Assembly (NCBI GenBank): GCA_002794465.1
Contig: MTSL01000101.1
Span: forward strand, 30,001 to 62,000
Length of the DNA: 32,000 nucleotides
DNA from: Paramicrosporidium saccamoebae KSL3
Lineage: Eukaryota > Fungi > Cryptomycota
Direction of reading: 5' to 3'
The position numbers and the translations under genes were made by a program. Positions 1-8,928 of this stretch are shown in pieces. The notes under the pieces were generated by a model. That model saw nothing but the letters and a program-made list of their open reading frames with translations. It did no database searches and had not been told where the DNA came from. The stretch's first letter is position 1, and each line of letters begins with the position of its first letter.

Positions 1-530
1 TCCTTGGGCTGAGAACGAGGCCCTATCGACTCAAGACGATACACTTCGTACTTAATTTGTCCATCTTCGCAAATCGTGATGGAAAGATTTAGTGTTATGG
101 GCGCGCCGGTGGATCCGGTTTCACGAGCAAATGATTCCTTGATAAATTCCCCATTCTTTGCAAAAGTCTCGGAATCCATGTTTTTGGGAAGGTGTCCTTC
201 TTGTTGAATAGAATACCAGCCAAGGAGAACCGAATCTCGCCCCAAGCACTTGCGATGGAGCTCCATGCGACTTTTGTAATATTCACTGTTAATGGACACT
301 TGGTCGCCGAACTCGGAATGAGGGACAGGGAAGCAGTGGCGAACTTCAGCCTTGAAAAGATGATTGTCGGAAGAGCCAGTAGCATCGTCTGTAGCTGGTG
401 ATACGGAACCGAGTATGGCACCTACGAGACGGACAGGGCAGTTCTCACTGCGTCGCTGGTATTGCTCGAAAATTGATAAAAGAGCGGCGGCCTGGAGACG
501 TGCCTCTACAACTTTGACGGAGGTTGTCAT
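1..530 (-). CDS. EIF3F: Translation initiation factor eIF3 subunit F (MPN domain), 3' end truncated by the window edge
   Basis: Manual translation from the ATG at 530: MTTSVKVVEARLQAAALLSIFEQYQRRSENCPVRLVGAILG...EVRHCFPVPHSEFGDQVSINSEYYKSRMELHRKCLGRDSVLLGWYS. The frame stays open to position 1. It matches the eIF3f MPN pattern (SI..Y.RR, R.IG.LLG, CF.VPH.E, ELH, VGWY). It is absent from the ORF track, whose ORF 95..421 is another frame. Confidence 0.88.
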   Translation of the reverse strand, partial: MTTSVKVVEARLQAAALLSIFEQYQRRSENCPVRLVGAILGSVSPATDDATGSSDNHLFKAEVRHCFPVPHSEFGDQVSINSEYYKSRMELHRKCLGRDSVLLGWYSIQQEGHLPKNMDSETFAKNGEFIKESFARETGSTGAPITLNLSITICEDGQIKYEVYRLESIGPRSQPK

Positions 531-551
531 GGAAAGCGCTTGTGGTGGCCT

Positions 552-558
552 ACCCTGG
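552..558. promoter_or_regulatory. CCCTGG element, one of five exact copies lying within about 25 nt of a start codon
   Basis: Copies at 553, 1644, 3830, 11063 and 13822. Function is inferred from position only. Confidence 0.4.
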
Positions 559-574
559 AAGGCTCGCAGCTGAC

Positions 575-1261
575 ATGTTCGTACGAGTTGTGGGGGCTCT
601 TGCAAATTCAGAGCGCTCTGTATTATTGCGTAGCTGGGCTACGCATGTATTAAGCAATGGAGCTTCCACTAGCCGAGCGATTGGTCAAAATGGGTTTTCT
701 ACCGTTAGTCATCCCACTAGTCGGACAATTGGCCGGAACAGATTTTCGACCGCTAACTATTCCACACGACTCACCCCAACAGGCAATGATATCGCGTCGA
801 AAAACTCAATGACTTGGCCAGAGTTTTTTTCCCTCCGTCGGAAAATACAACTAATCCAGAGGCTGGCGGGGGTTCCCTTTGTCATTGCATTCTGGGTCGC
901 TGAGGGCTTCGTCCTCTCTCTGCCTATCTTTGATCCGACAAAGACAATTTTCGACCTTGATCCAATGGTCGTAGTCGGTCTTGGTAGTGTTTTCGGATCC
1001 ATTGCCAGCTACTTTGTGGGTTCAGCCATCTCATCATTAGCTTGGAGACTTCTAAGACCTCAACAAGTGAGACAACTTGATCTAAAGCAAAAAGACTTTT
1101 ATGCTCGAGTTTCAAAGTATCGTGCCAATGTACCCCCGAACCCGACTCAGATGAATTTTAACTTTGATTTCTATGGAGAAAAGGTGCGCTCTGTGCCTGA
1201 TTATCGTTCTTGGTTGCGGCGCCAGCGGCAGCTTGTTGCAGATCGCCAGTTTGCTGTCTAA
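575..1261 (+). CDS. PAM17: Mitochondrial presequence translocase-associated motor subunit Pam17
   Basis: First ATG at 575. Arg/Ser-rich presequence, then W.EFF.LRR, two hydrophobic segments, and the C-terminal DFYGEKVRSVPDYRSWLRRQR typical of Pam17. Confidence 0.9.
   Translation: MFVRVVGALANSERSVLLRSWATHVLSNGASTSRAIGQNGFSTVSHPTSRTIGRNRFSTANYSTRLTPTGNDIASKNSMTWPEFFSLRRKIQLIQRLAGVPFVIAFWVAEGFVLSLPIFDPTKTIFDLDPMVVVGLGSVFGSIASYFVGSAISSLAWRLLRPQQVRQLDLKQKDFYARVSKYRANVPPNPTQMNFNFDFYGEKVRSVPDYRSWLRRQRQLVADRQFAV
665..760 (+). repeat. Imperfect 48-bp (16-codon) tandem duplication in the PAM17 N-terminal region
   Basis: STSRAIGQNGFSTVSH / PTSRTIGRNRFSTANY. The units start at 665 and 713. Confidence 0.75.
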
Positions 1262-1340
1262 TACACACCTAAAATCGTACTATATAGCGCGTGTCCTAGT
1301 TTCGATTTCAACGTCTTTATTAAAGGCACAGTAGAACGAC

Positions 1341-1618
1341 TTAGATGTTCAGCTTAGTGCGTCTCCAGTGGCGGCGCTTGCTGTTATAACTAGAATATGA
1401 GAAAACCTGTCAAAAATTACCGGATGGTGTTGTCAGTGCGAAGACGAACCCAGTGGGGGACGGGACGGTTCTGCTTCATCTTCTTGCCGAGGATGCGCTT
1501 CACCTTGAAGGTCTTGTGAGACGGCTAAGAGGTTAATAACTGAATTTGGGCAGAAAAGGGACAGGAATCCACCCAAAAGGAAGGATGGATAAGGACACTT
1601 CAGGTAGATACTTACCAT
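1341..1618 (-). CDS. RPL39: 60S ribosomal protein L39 (3 exons: 1616-1618, 1421-1524, 1341-1389)
   Basis: The spliced product is [51 protein letters not shown] (51 aa, canonical eL39). Introns are 1525-1615 (91 nt, GTAAGT directly after the ATG) and 1390-1420 (31 nt). Confidence 0.97.
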
Positions 1619-1724
1619 TATAGACAGGGCTTGGTCTCGACCACCCTGGCCAATAGTCTTCCAGCATCCTCGTCACCAGGCAATTCACGAGTCTAAAGCC
1701 ATGGCCCTTTATTTAATATTCTGA

Positions 1725-3257
1725 TCAGCTTTCCTCATGGCGATACATTACCTCTGTAGGAATCTCCAGCCAGCTACGAGTCACAGCAATCCCTCCACCG
1801 TAATCGAGGGGGTCAGGTAGCAGTCTGACGTCTATTAGTGATCCCTCTTTGTCTGTTGTCTCTCCAATTTGAGGTCCTGAATTCATGCGGTAGTACTGAG
1901 GCAACTCGGGTGAAGATCCGTGGTTCTCCAATAGCTGATTCAAGCGGACTCGCTCGGCTGTTGATGTCCTTGATCTAGTCCGCACAACAGAAATCGCCGT
2001 ATTGCTCCTGCTTCTTCTCATGTTAAGCACTGTCTTTGGGGTAGTCTGCGGAGGGGCTTCAAACATGGCCCGCAGGCGCCCCTTCTCGTTGTTCCAGTGT
2101 AAAGAACACAGATAGTGAATAAACGGAATCACTTGACCCTGCCTTTCCAGCAGTCTAATTCTGCCGTAATAACTGTTCAGATACGGCCCATGGCAGAATG
2201 AGCATTTTTCAGCAGATTTTAAGAATGATTTTAAGGGAAGAGGCATGTTACGCAATACTTCTTGATCGTCACGAATGATCAAGCGTGCTGCCGTTTCTAG
2301 CAAGGTGATAGGGCCTCCTCCGGAGGAAGCCAGCTTTGATTTCGTTAGTATGTATTCTTCCTTTACAAGAGGGTTCCCAAACAATTGAATTCGACATAAT
2401 TGCTTTAGCAAGCTCATCTCAGCTGGAAGGTACTCTATCATGTTTCTATCCGCTTCAAAAGCACACAATTTCACCAAATTCCCAACGCATCTCGGGACGA
2501 TCCGAAACTTGTTATGACAAATGTTCAGCACCTTTAGGCGACGCAAATTCCCAAACGACTCTGGTAGCGTGTAGAGCTCATTTCCCTTCAGATTGATCTC
2601 TCGAACTCTCTGGAGCAGCCCAATAGACTCGGGGAGACTCTGAAGTCTGTTGTCCGAAACGTTCAATTCCTTTAAACACTTTAAGAGTCCGATTTCGTAC
2701 GGCAGAGTCGCTAGCTTGTTACCTTGAAGATTGAGACTCACTAGGTGCTTGAATATACCCAAATGAGCAGTGAGACTGACAATGCCTCGATTACTCAAGT
2801 CGGCATTCACTCCGTCACAGATACTATCAGGCAAGGCAGAGAGTCGTTCGCGTCTTTGTATGCCCACTCTTTTTTTGTTTATGTACCCCTTCTTGTGAGC
2901 GGCGGCCGCCAAGATATTTCTTTGGATCTCCAGGTCTGCTTCGAGATGCGCAGCATCATATGGCTGGCTCCTGAAAGGGTCGCTAACTTGATCGAACACT
3001 TCTTCAAAGGCATACTGCTCCTCAAGGTGAAAGGGCCAGAACATGACCGCGTCCTGCGACTTTGATCGGGTCAGGCCCTTGGTAGAATCCCTACTCTGAA
3101 TGGGAGCAGTCCGGACTGTCGATCCAAAGGTGGAACTTCCGACACTGTCCATGCTGTGGTGAATTCTGCCTGTCGATTCTCTGTCTGCTTTTTGCACAAA
3201 GGCGAGCGGTGCATCTCTAAAATGCTTCTCCTTCAGAGCACTAGTTGTGTTTCCCAT
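1725..3257 (-). CDS. Leucine-rich repeat protein with an LRRC58/LRRC28-like C-terminal BC-box and Cys/His module
   Basis: 510-aa ORF with about 7 LxxLxLxxNxL repeats, followed by TLLETAARLI...LKSAEKCSFCHGPY...IPFIHYLCS. The N-terminus MGNTTS fits the myristoylation consensus. Confidence 0.8.
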   Translation of the reverse strand: MGNTTSALKEKHFRDAPLAFVQKADRESTGRIHHSMDSVGSSTFGSTVRTAPIQSRDSTKGLTRSKSQDAVMFWPFHLEEQYAFEEVFDQVSDPFRSQPYDAAHLEADLEIQRNILAAAAHKKGYINKKRVGIQRRERLSALPDSICDGVNADLSNRGIVSLTAHLGIFKHLVSLNLQGNKLATLPYEIGLLKCLKELNVSDNRLQSLPESIGLLQRVREINLKGNELYTLPESFGNLRRLKVLNICHNKFRIVPRCVGNLVKLCAFEADRNMIEYLPAEMSLLKQLCRIQLFGNPLVKEEYILTKSKLASSGGGPITLLETAARLIIRDDQEVLRNMPLPLKSFLKSAEKCSFCHGPYLNSYYGRIRLLERQGQVIPFIHYLCSLHWNNEKGRLRAMFEAPPQTTPKTVLNMRRSRSNTAISVVRTRSRTSTAERVRLNQLLENHGSSPELPQYYRMNSGPQIGETTDKEGSLIDVRLLPDPLDYGGGIAVTRSWLEIPTEVMYRHEES

Positions 3258-3472
3258 ACCAATCTTGGTCTTCTGGCTTATTATACCAGATGATGAGAGG
3301 ATGCTTTCAAACGCGCTGTACTCTCCTCTGGGCGACGCGGGTTTGTCGTGGTCATGCTATTTGTCTATTTGGGGATCGCGTTGACGAATCCGGTAGCGGC
3401 TGGCCCGCATTAGCTAGATTATGATTCTTTTAATGCAAAGTCTGTGGTCATAAAAATTGTATATATGAGAGT

Positions 3473-3781
3473 CTAGAAACGTATCTCTTTAGCGGATAGG
3501 CCGTAAGAGCTAAAGGTTTTTTGTCTATTTCTTCTCCACTTGCGTCGGGCACCTTTAACCTCTGTTCCAAAGACTCCGTCCTGACTCATAGGACTTGTAG
3601 TGCTTCCAGTCCCCAAAGTCGGCTTGTCCGAGTCCATCTGATTTCTCTCAGCCTCGGCCACGACGAGAGCATCACGGGCGGCCAAACGTTCAAGCCGTGC
3701 ATCAGCGGCCGGTTTGAAGATAGTCTCTCTCTTAACTGCTCGATTCCTTCTCACAGACTTTGACCGTATACTCTTGGCCAT
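3473..3781 (-). CDS. LLPH/DUF2423 (YBL028C-like) small basic nucleolar protein
   Basis: From the ATG at 3781: MAKSIRSKSVRRNRAVKRETIFKPAADARLERLA, matching the MAKS.RS...R..R..KR..F...AR.ERL family N-terminus. The C-terminus is basic. The upstream part of ORF 3473..4012 is antisense to the start of PRP16. Confidence 0.75.
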   Translation of the reverse strand: MAKSIRSKSVRRNRAVKRETIFKPAADARLERLAARDALVVAEAERNQMDSDKPTLGTGSTTSPMSQDGVFGTEVKGARRKWRRNRQKTFSSYGLSAKEIRF

Positions 3782-3850
3782 CTTGCCGCAGTTCGTAAAT
3801 GCCAAGTGGGTATCGGCCGACGACGCTGACCCTGGCTCCTTTAGTTGGCC

Positions 3851-6805
3851 ATGAACCCAGCACCTGGTAATAGATCTCATGTTGCCAAGAATCATGATGA
3901 ACATCAGGGCCACTCGGCGCCAAAAGACTTGAATAACGCGGTATACCATTTCATTTGGTCTTATATGTAGCGGCACGAGCAACAGTATAAGCGCAGCAGA
4001 TTTAGTCGCCACGATGAGAGAGACAACGAGTCTCTAATTCTCGGCCCGGACCTGAGTCTTCCCGAGTCTAGACAAGTTGACCGTGAATGGTATGATACTG
4101 AAGAAGAGCAAGTACTAGACTTGTCAGCACAGCCGACTGGTCTGCTAGCTTTTGATAATTCTGCGAAAACGCAGGCCAAGGTTGCTGCTGCAATGCGCAG
4201 CAAGAAATACTCATTAAAACAGCTGCAGTTTGATCGAGACAACGAAAAGTGGGAGGCTAACCGAATGCTTGTTAGTGGCGTGGTGAACCGTGATGTGGCC
4301 ATTACTGGATTCGATCCAAGTCAAGATGAAGACCACCAGCAATCACAAACACAGCTCGTTCTTCACGAAACAAAGCCTACATTTCTTGTCAACTGGAACG
4401 TCTCGGGAGACAAAAAGATTACCGAGCTAAATTTTGATCCAATACAGCCAGTTAAGGACCCGACATCGGACATGGCCATTTTGTCTCGCCGTGGCAGTGC
4501 TCTGGTCAAGGAAATGCGTGAAAAGAAAGAGCAGGCCCGAGTGATGAAGTCCCTCGAAGGACAAGGTACAGCCCTTGGAAACATAATGGGCGTAAAGACA
4601 GAATCCGATAATACTACGCAGGCCGAAGAGCTTGATCCTGCAGAATCTCACAAAACCTTTAAAATTGCAATGGAGCGTGCGTCTGAAGCAGGAAGTGCCG
4701 CTGTTAGCACATTTGCCCGGACAAAATCTATCAAGGAGCAACGCGAATACTTGCCTGCATTTGCCTGCAGATCACAGCTGACAAAGGTCATCCGTGAGAA
4801 CCAAATTGTTGTAATTGTCGGTGAGACGGGTAGCGGCAAGACAACGCAACTAACCCAATACCTACATGAAGAAGGGTATAGTAAGGTGGGTGCCATAGGA
4901 TGTACCCAACCTCGTCGAGTTGCTGCAATGTCTGTTGCCAAGCGTGTAAGCGATGAAATGGGATGCAAACTTGGCGCAGAGGTGGGCTACGCTATCCGCT
5001 TTGAGGATTGTACCTCCCCGAGCACAGTCATCAAGTATATGACAGACGGAGTCCTTCTCCGAGAGTCGCTTCGTGATCCTGATGTGGACAACTATTCCGC
5101 CATCATAATTGACGAAGCCCACGAAAGGTCCCTTCAAACTGACGTCTTACTTGGGCTTTTACGGCGAATTGCTGCCCGTCGGCGAGATCTAAAATTAATT
5201 ATAACCTCTGCAACTATGAATGCTGAAAAATTTTCAGAATTCTTTGGGGGAGTCCCGATTTTTACAATTCCTGGACGCACATTCAAGGTTGAGGTGTTGT
5301 ACTCTAAAAACCCCTGTGAAGACTATGTGGAGGCAGCAGTTAAGCAGGCTTTGTCTATTCATCTGGCGCAACCAGTGGGCGATATTCTAATATTTATGAC
5401 TGGACAGGAGGACATTCAGGCCACCTGTGACTGCATAAAAGAGCGGCTATTGTCTATTAAGGAAGCATCTCCGCTTTCTGTACTCCCAATTTATTCTCAA
5501 TTACCAGCGGATCTGCAGGCAAAAATATTTGAGCGCTCCTCTCAGGGACACCGGAAATGCATCATTGCCACCAATATTGCCGAAACGAGCTTGACAGTTG
5601 ATGGGATCCGTTATGTCATCGATACTGGCTACTGTAAGGTCAAGGTCTTTAATCCCCGTATTGGTATGGATGCGTTGCAGATATTTCCAATCAGTCAAGC
5701 TGCCTCGAATCAACGTGCGGGGCGTGCTGGCCGCACTGGGCCTGGATCTTGTTATCGGCTCTACACCGAGTCTGCATACAGACATGAATTCTTTGCCAAC
5801 AATGTGCCCGAAATTCAGCGTACAAATCTTAGCAATGTAGTGCTTCTCTTAAAGTCCCTCGGTGTTGGCGACCTCTTGAAATTTGATTTTCTGGACCCGC
5901 CTCCAACGGACACTCTTCTCTCATCCATGCACCAACTGTGGGTTCTTGATGCAATTGACGACAATGGATCATTAACATCGATCGGATCGAATATGGTAGA
6001 GTTTCCACTTGATCCCCCATTGTCTAAAATGCTACTCGCGGCCATTAAGGAAAAATGTACAGAAGAGGTCGTCACCATTGTCTCAATGCTCTCTGTGCCG
6101 AGTGTCTTTTACCGTCCAAAGGAGCGCGCAGAAGAAAGTGACATTGCCAGGGAAAAGTTTTTTGTGCCTGAGAGTGACCACCTGACCTTATTAAATGTGT
6201 ATAAAATGTGGAGATCTCACGGCAGCAATGACAAGTGGTGCGAGCAGAATTTTGTACAGCCAAAGGCAATGCGTAAAGCCTCTGAAGTTAGGTCTCAGCT
6301 TTTGGATATTATGAAACAACAAAAGATTGATACATTGTCGGCCGGTGTACAGTGGGATCGTGTACGAAAATGTATAGCTGCCGCATATGTTCATAAGGCA
6401 GGTCGTCTGAAGAGCATTGGAGAGTATTTTAACATTCGAACCGGAATGCCCTGCCATCTTCATCCCACTAGCGCATTATATGGGCTAGGCTACACGCCAG
6501 AATACGTCGTCTATCACGAATTAGTCATGACTTCGAAAGAGTACATGCAATGTGTCACTGCTGTGAGCCCCGAGTGGCTGGCCGAATCTTGCCCAATGTT
6601 TTATTCACTCAGAATCACAAACTTCCGGAAGGACGGCATGGAAACAAAGACAATCTCTATGACAAAGGCGCCTAGGCCAGAAATTGTTCCCGCTGCAACC
6701 GCAAGGGATAGTGTAGACAAGAAACCAGAGCCGGAAGAACATGGATCCGGGCAGTCAACATTGAAGAAATCATCATTCAAGGTCAGAAAACGCATCGGAT
6801 TGTAA
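3851..6805 (+). CDS. PRP16: Spliceosomal DEAH-box RNA helicase Prp16/DHX38 (exons 3851-3940 and 3971-6805, about 974 aa)
   Basis: Motifs [18 protein letters not shown] and QRAGRAGR, an HA2/OB C-terminus, and the N-terminal DREWY and KWEANRM motifs of Prp16. A 30-nt intron (3941-3970) joins the upstream ATG at 3851. Confidence 0.92.
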
Positions 6806-7008
6806 GATAGTTTAATAGAAACGGAGTTATTTTAAAATGGACCAGAGAGTCAACAAGGAATGTCAAGCAGTATCCGGTTGTCGCGTAGTGGGGATAATAC
6901 CACAGACGGGAAGGGGGGTTGTTTACTGCTAATCCTATAATAGTATAGATACACATCACATCTCACTGTCCTCAAGTACCCAGCAAAGCGATCCACTCTA
7001 GTACACAA

Positions 7009-7066
7009 ATACCCAACTAATCAACCCTCTACGTCATATAGCCAACTGATCAATCTCCTACGTCAC
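7009..7066. repeat. 29-bp imperfect tandem duplication, each unit containing TACGTCA
   Basis: atacccaactaatcaaccctctacgtcat / atagccaactgatcaatctcctacgtcac, with 23 of 29 positions identical. Confidence 0.75.
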
Positions 7067-7278
7067 ATGCTTATAATTGGCGAGTCCAACGCAGATAGCG
7101 GTTCCACAGTCCGTTTTGGCTATGTTAAGAATGGCTACCTACACCTATAAAGGAGCCATATACTTTAATAAATGGAGTTCGCTCATCAACAAGAAAATTT
7201 CTACCTCCTAACTCGCAATATAGCGGTGGCCGGGTAATATCAACCTCCGTTCCATAGAATAATAACCACTGGCTATAT

Positions 7279-8851
7279 TTATCGCTCTTCATCATACAAC
7301 TTCGGTGGCTCCATTTGATTAATCCTTTTGGAGAGCTGATCAACTATCTGAATGACCTGAGATCCCAGAGACTTTGTGGCTATCTGCTCACGGGCCAAAA
7401 AGCCGCGGAATTGGTCCTGAATGCTAGAAATCCGCTCAATCCGAAGATTGCCATCGAAAGACTGTGAGGAAGGCTTTGCTGCAGTGCGCATGCAAATGAC
7501 TGCCACGAGTAATATCACAAAAGGTGAAAGCCAAAGCAAACTGCGCCAGAAAGCGTTCCAGTCAAAGTAAACCTGCATAAAAGACGAGTGAGCTCGTTTA
7601 GAACTTGACGAGCTTCTCCATAGAGAGAGTCTCCTCTTAAGCACGCCCTCGTCAGACCAATCGAGTTGTAAGGAATGCTGGTTTTGAAGATGTTGAACAA
7701 GATTTTCAAAAAAGCTGGAGAAGTATGCATTAAGGGATTGTCTGAAAGACTCTTTAAAAAACGAACTCTTGGGCGGGACGGCTTCATAAGATACAAGTAA
7801 ATGAGATCGCGTCTTCCCACGGGCCGTCAGGCAATATCTTGCATGTATCTGGCATGATCCCCCGGGTATCCCGCTGATCTGGATCACGGACTCTACCACG
7901 AAACGCCTACCTGGCTGCTTTAAAAGATACTTTTCCGTTACGAAAGACTTTGCATATAATGTGTCGCCGAGAACTTGGGGAAGGGGGATTTCAACTGAAT
8001 AAACACGTTGCTCACTGCCATTAGGAGGATTCTCCCAAGTAGCATCCGGAAGAGTGGAATTTTGAAAGGACACTGAAGAGAAAAATGTAGTCCAGAAGGA
8101 GCTAGATGGCTCGAACAGAGTGAACCTCAGGGCAGCGATAGACATGGCCATCACCTTGGACATTGTTTGGTGAGGAAAATGAATCGCGCAACCACACACT
8201 GATAATGATTCTGTATCGTTCAATCCTTCATCAGTAGGATTTTGGACGCCGAGGATATTTTCAGTTGCATCTTCAACTGACAAGGCGTCTTCTCCAGACC
8301 TTAAAACATTATCGGAAAAGAGATCTTCGGATAACTCGATATTCTCATTGTGTTGATAAAAGTCTCCCCTAAACTAACAAGATTGGCAATGTTCTAGTGA
8401 CCATACCTTCCTGCCGATGGCAGCCTTCCATGCCGAGAGCATACGAGAATAGGCTTGCTCACGAAAGACAAACGATGCGAAGAAATATCGGTGGTGCAAT
8501 GTAGAGACCTGGATTGCATTGGGGAATACCAGTGCAGTGTTTCTCTTCTCAATAGAGACAATGTCCTGAAATGAAATGACAACGTTCGTGACCCAGCCGA
8601 GGATGTTGGCATTAAAGCATACGTGACCTTCTCCAATGTACATTCGTCCTTGAACCAGAATGTCTCGGTTTAAAGCGCAAGCATATGCTAAACGTGAGCG
8701 ACTCTGACTGTTTACATTCGAGAAGCGATTCATCTTCTGGGACGCTCCGAAAAATCTGGTGGAACTCTGTTTGCCGACTTTTGTCTACAACAGAGTCATT
8801 CCCAGAAAAATCTCTGGCGTTCTGAGTCTGATTGTCACTCAACTCTGCCAT
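7279..8851 (-). CDS. LAM/GRAMD1 (Lam5/Lam6-like) sterol transfer protein: GRAM domain, one VASt/StARkin domain and a transmembrane segment; may extend to 7125
   Basis: GRAM domain FHQIFRSVPEDESLLESYACALNRDILVQGRMYI...SFVFREQAY after splicing 8688-8715 (28 nt) and 8374-8406 (33 nt). VASt-like region ...GIPGGSCQIHARYCLT, then a hydrophobic helix LLWLSPFVILLVAVICM. Confidence 0.85.
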
Positions 8852-8928
8852 AGAATCAATGAGCCCGGTCCTAACAAATGAAATTGCATATTTATATAAT
8901 TGCAGATCTACCAAATTGGGTCGAAAAG

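Noticed and set aside
95-421. 108-aa minus-strand ORF from the track
   Set aside because: It is an alternative frame overlapping the real eIF3f frame.
3286-3331. Hairpin with a C-box-like ATGATGA (snoRNA- or SECIS-like) upstream of the LRR gene
   Set aside because: There is no CTGA D box and no GA quartet partner (the sequence reads CTGG). It also lies antisense to both flanking genes.
6837-7150. Possible two-exon + strand gene using a 68-codon open frame (6944-7150)
   Set aside because: No recognisable homology and a weak donor. The internal repeat period (29) is not a multiple of 3, and the frame overlaps the putative LAM extension. An open frame of this length is plausible by chance.
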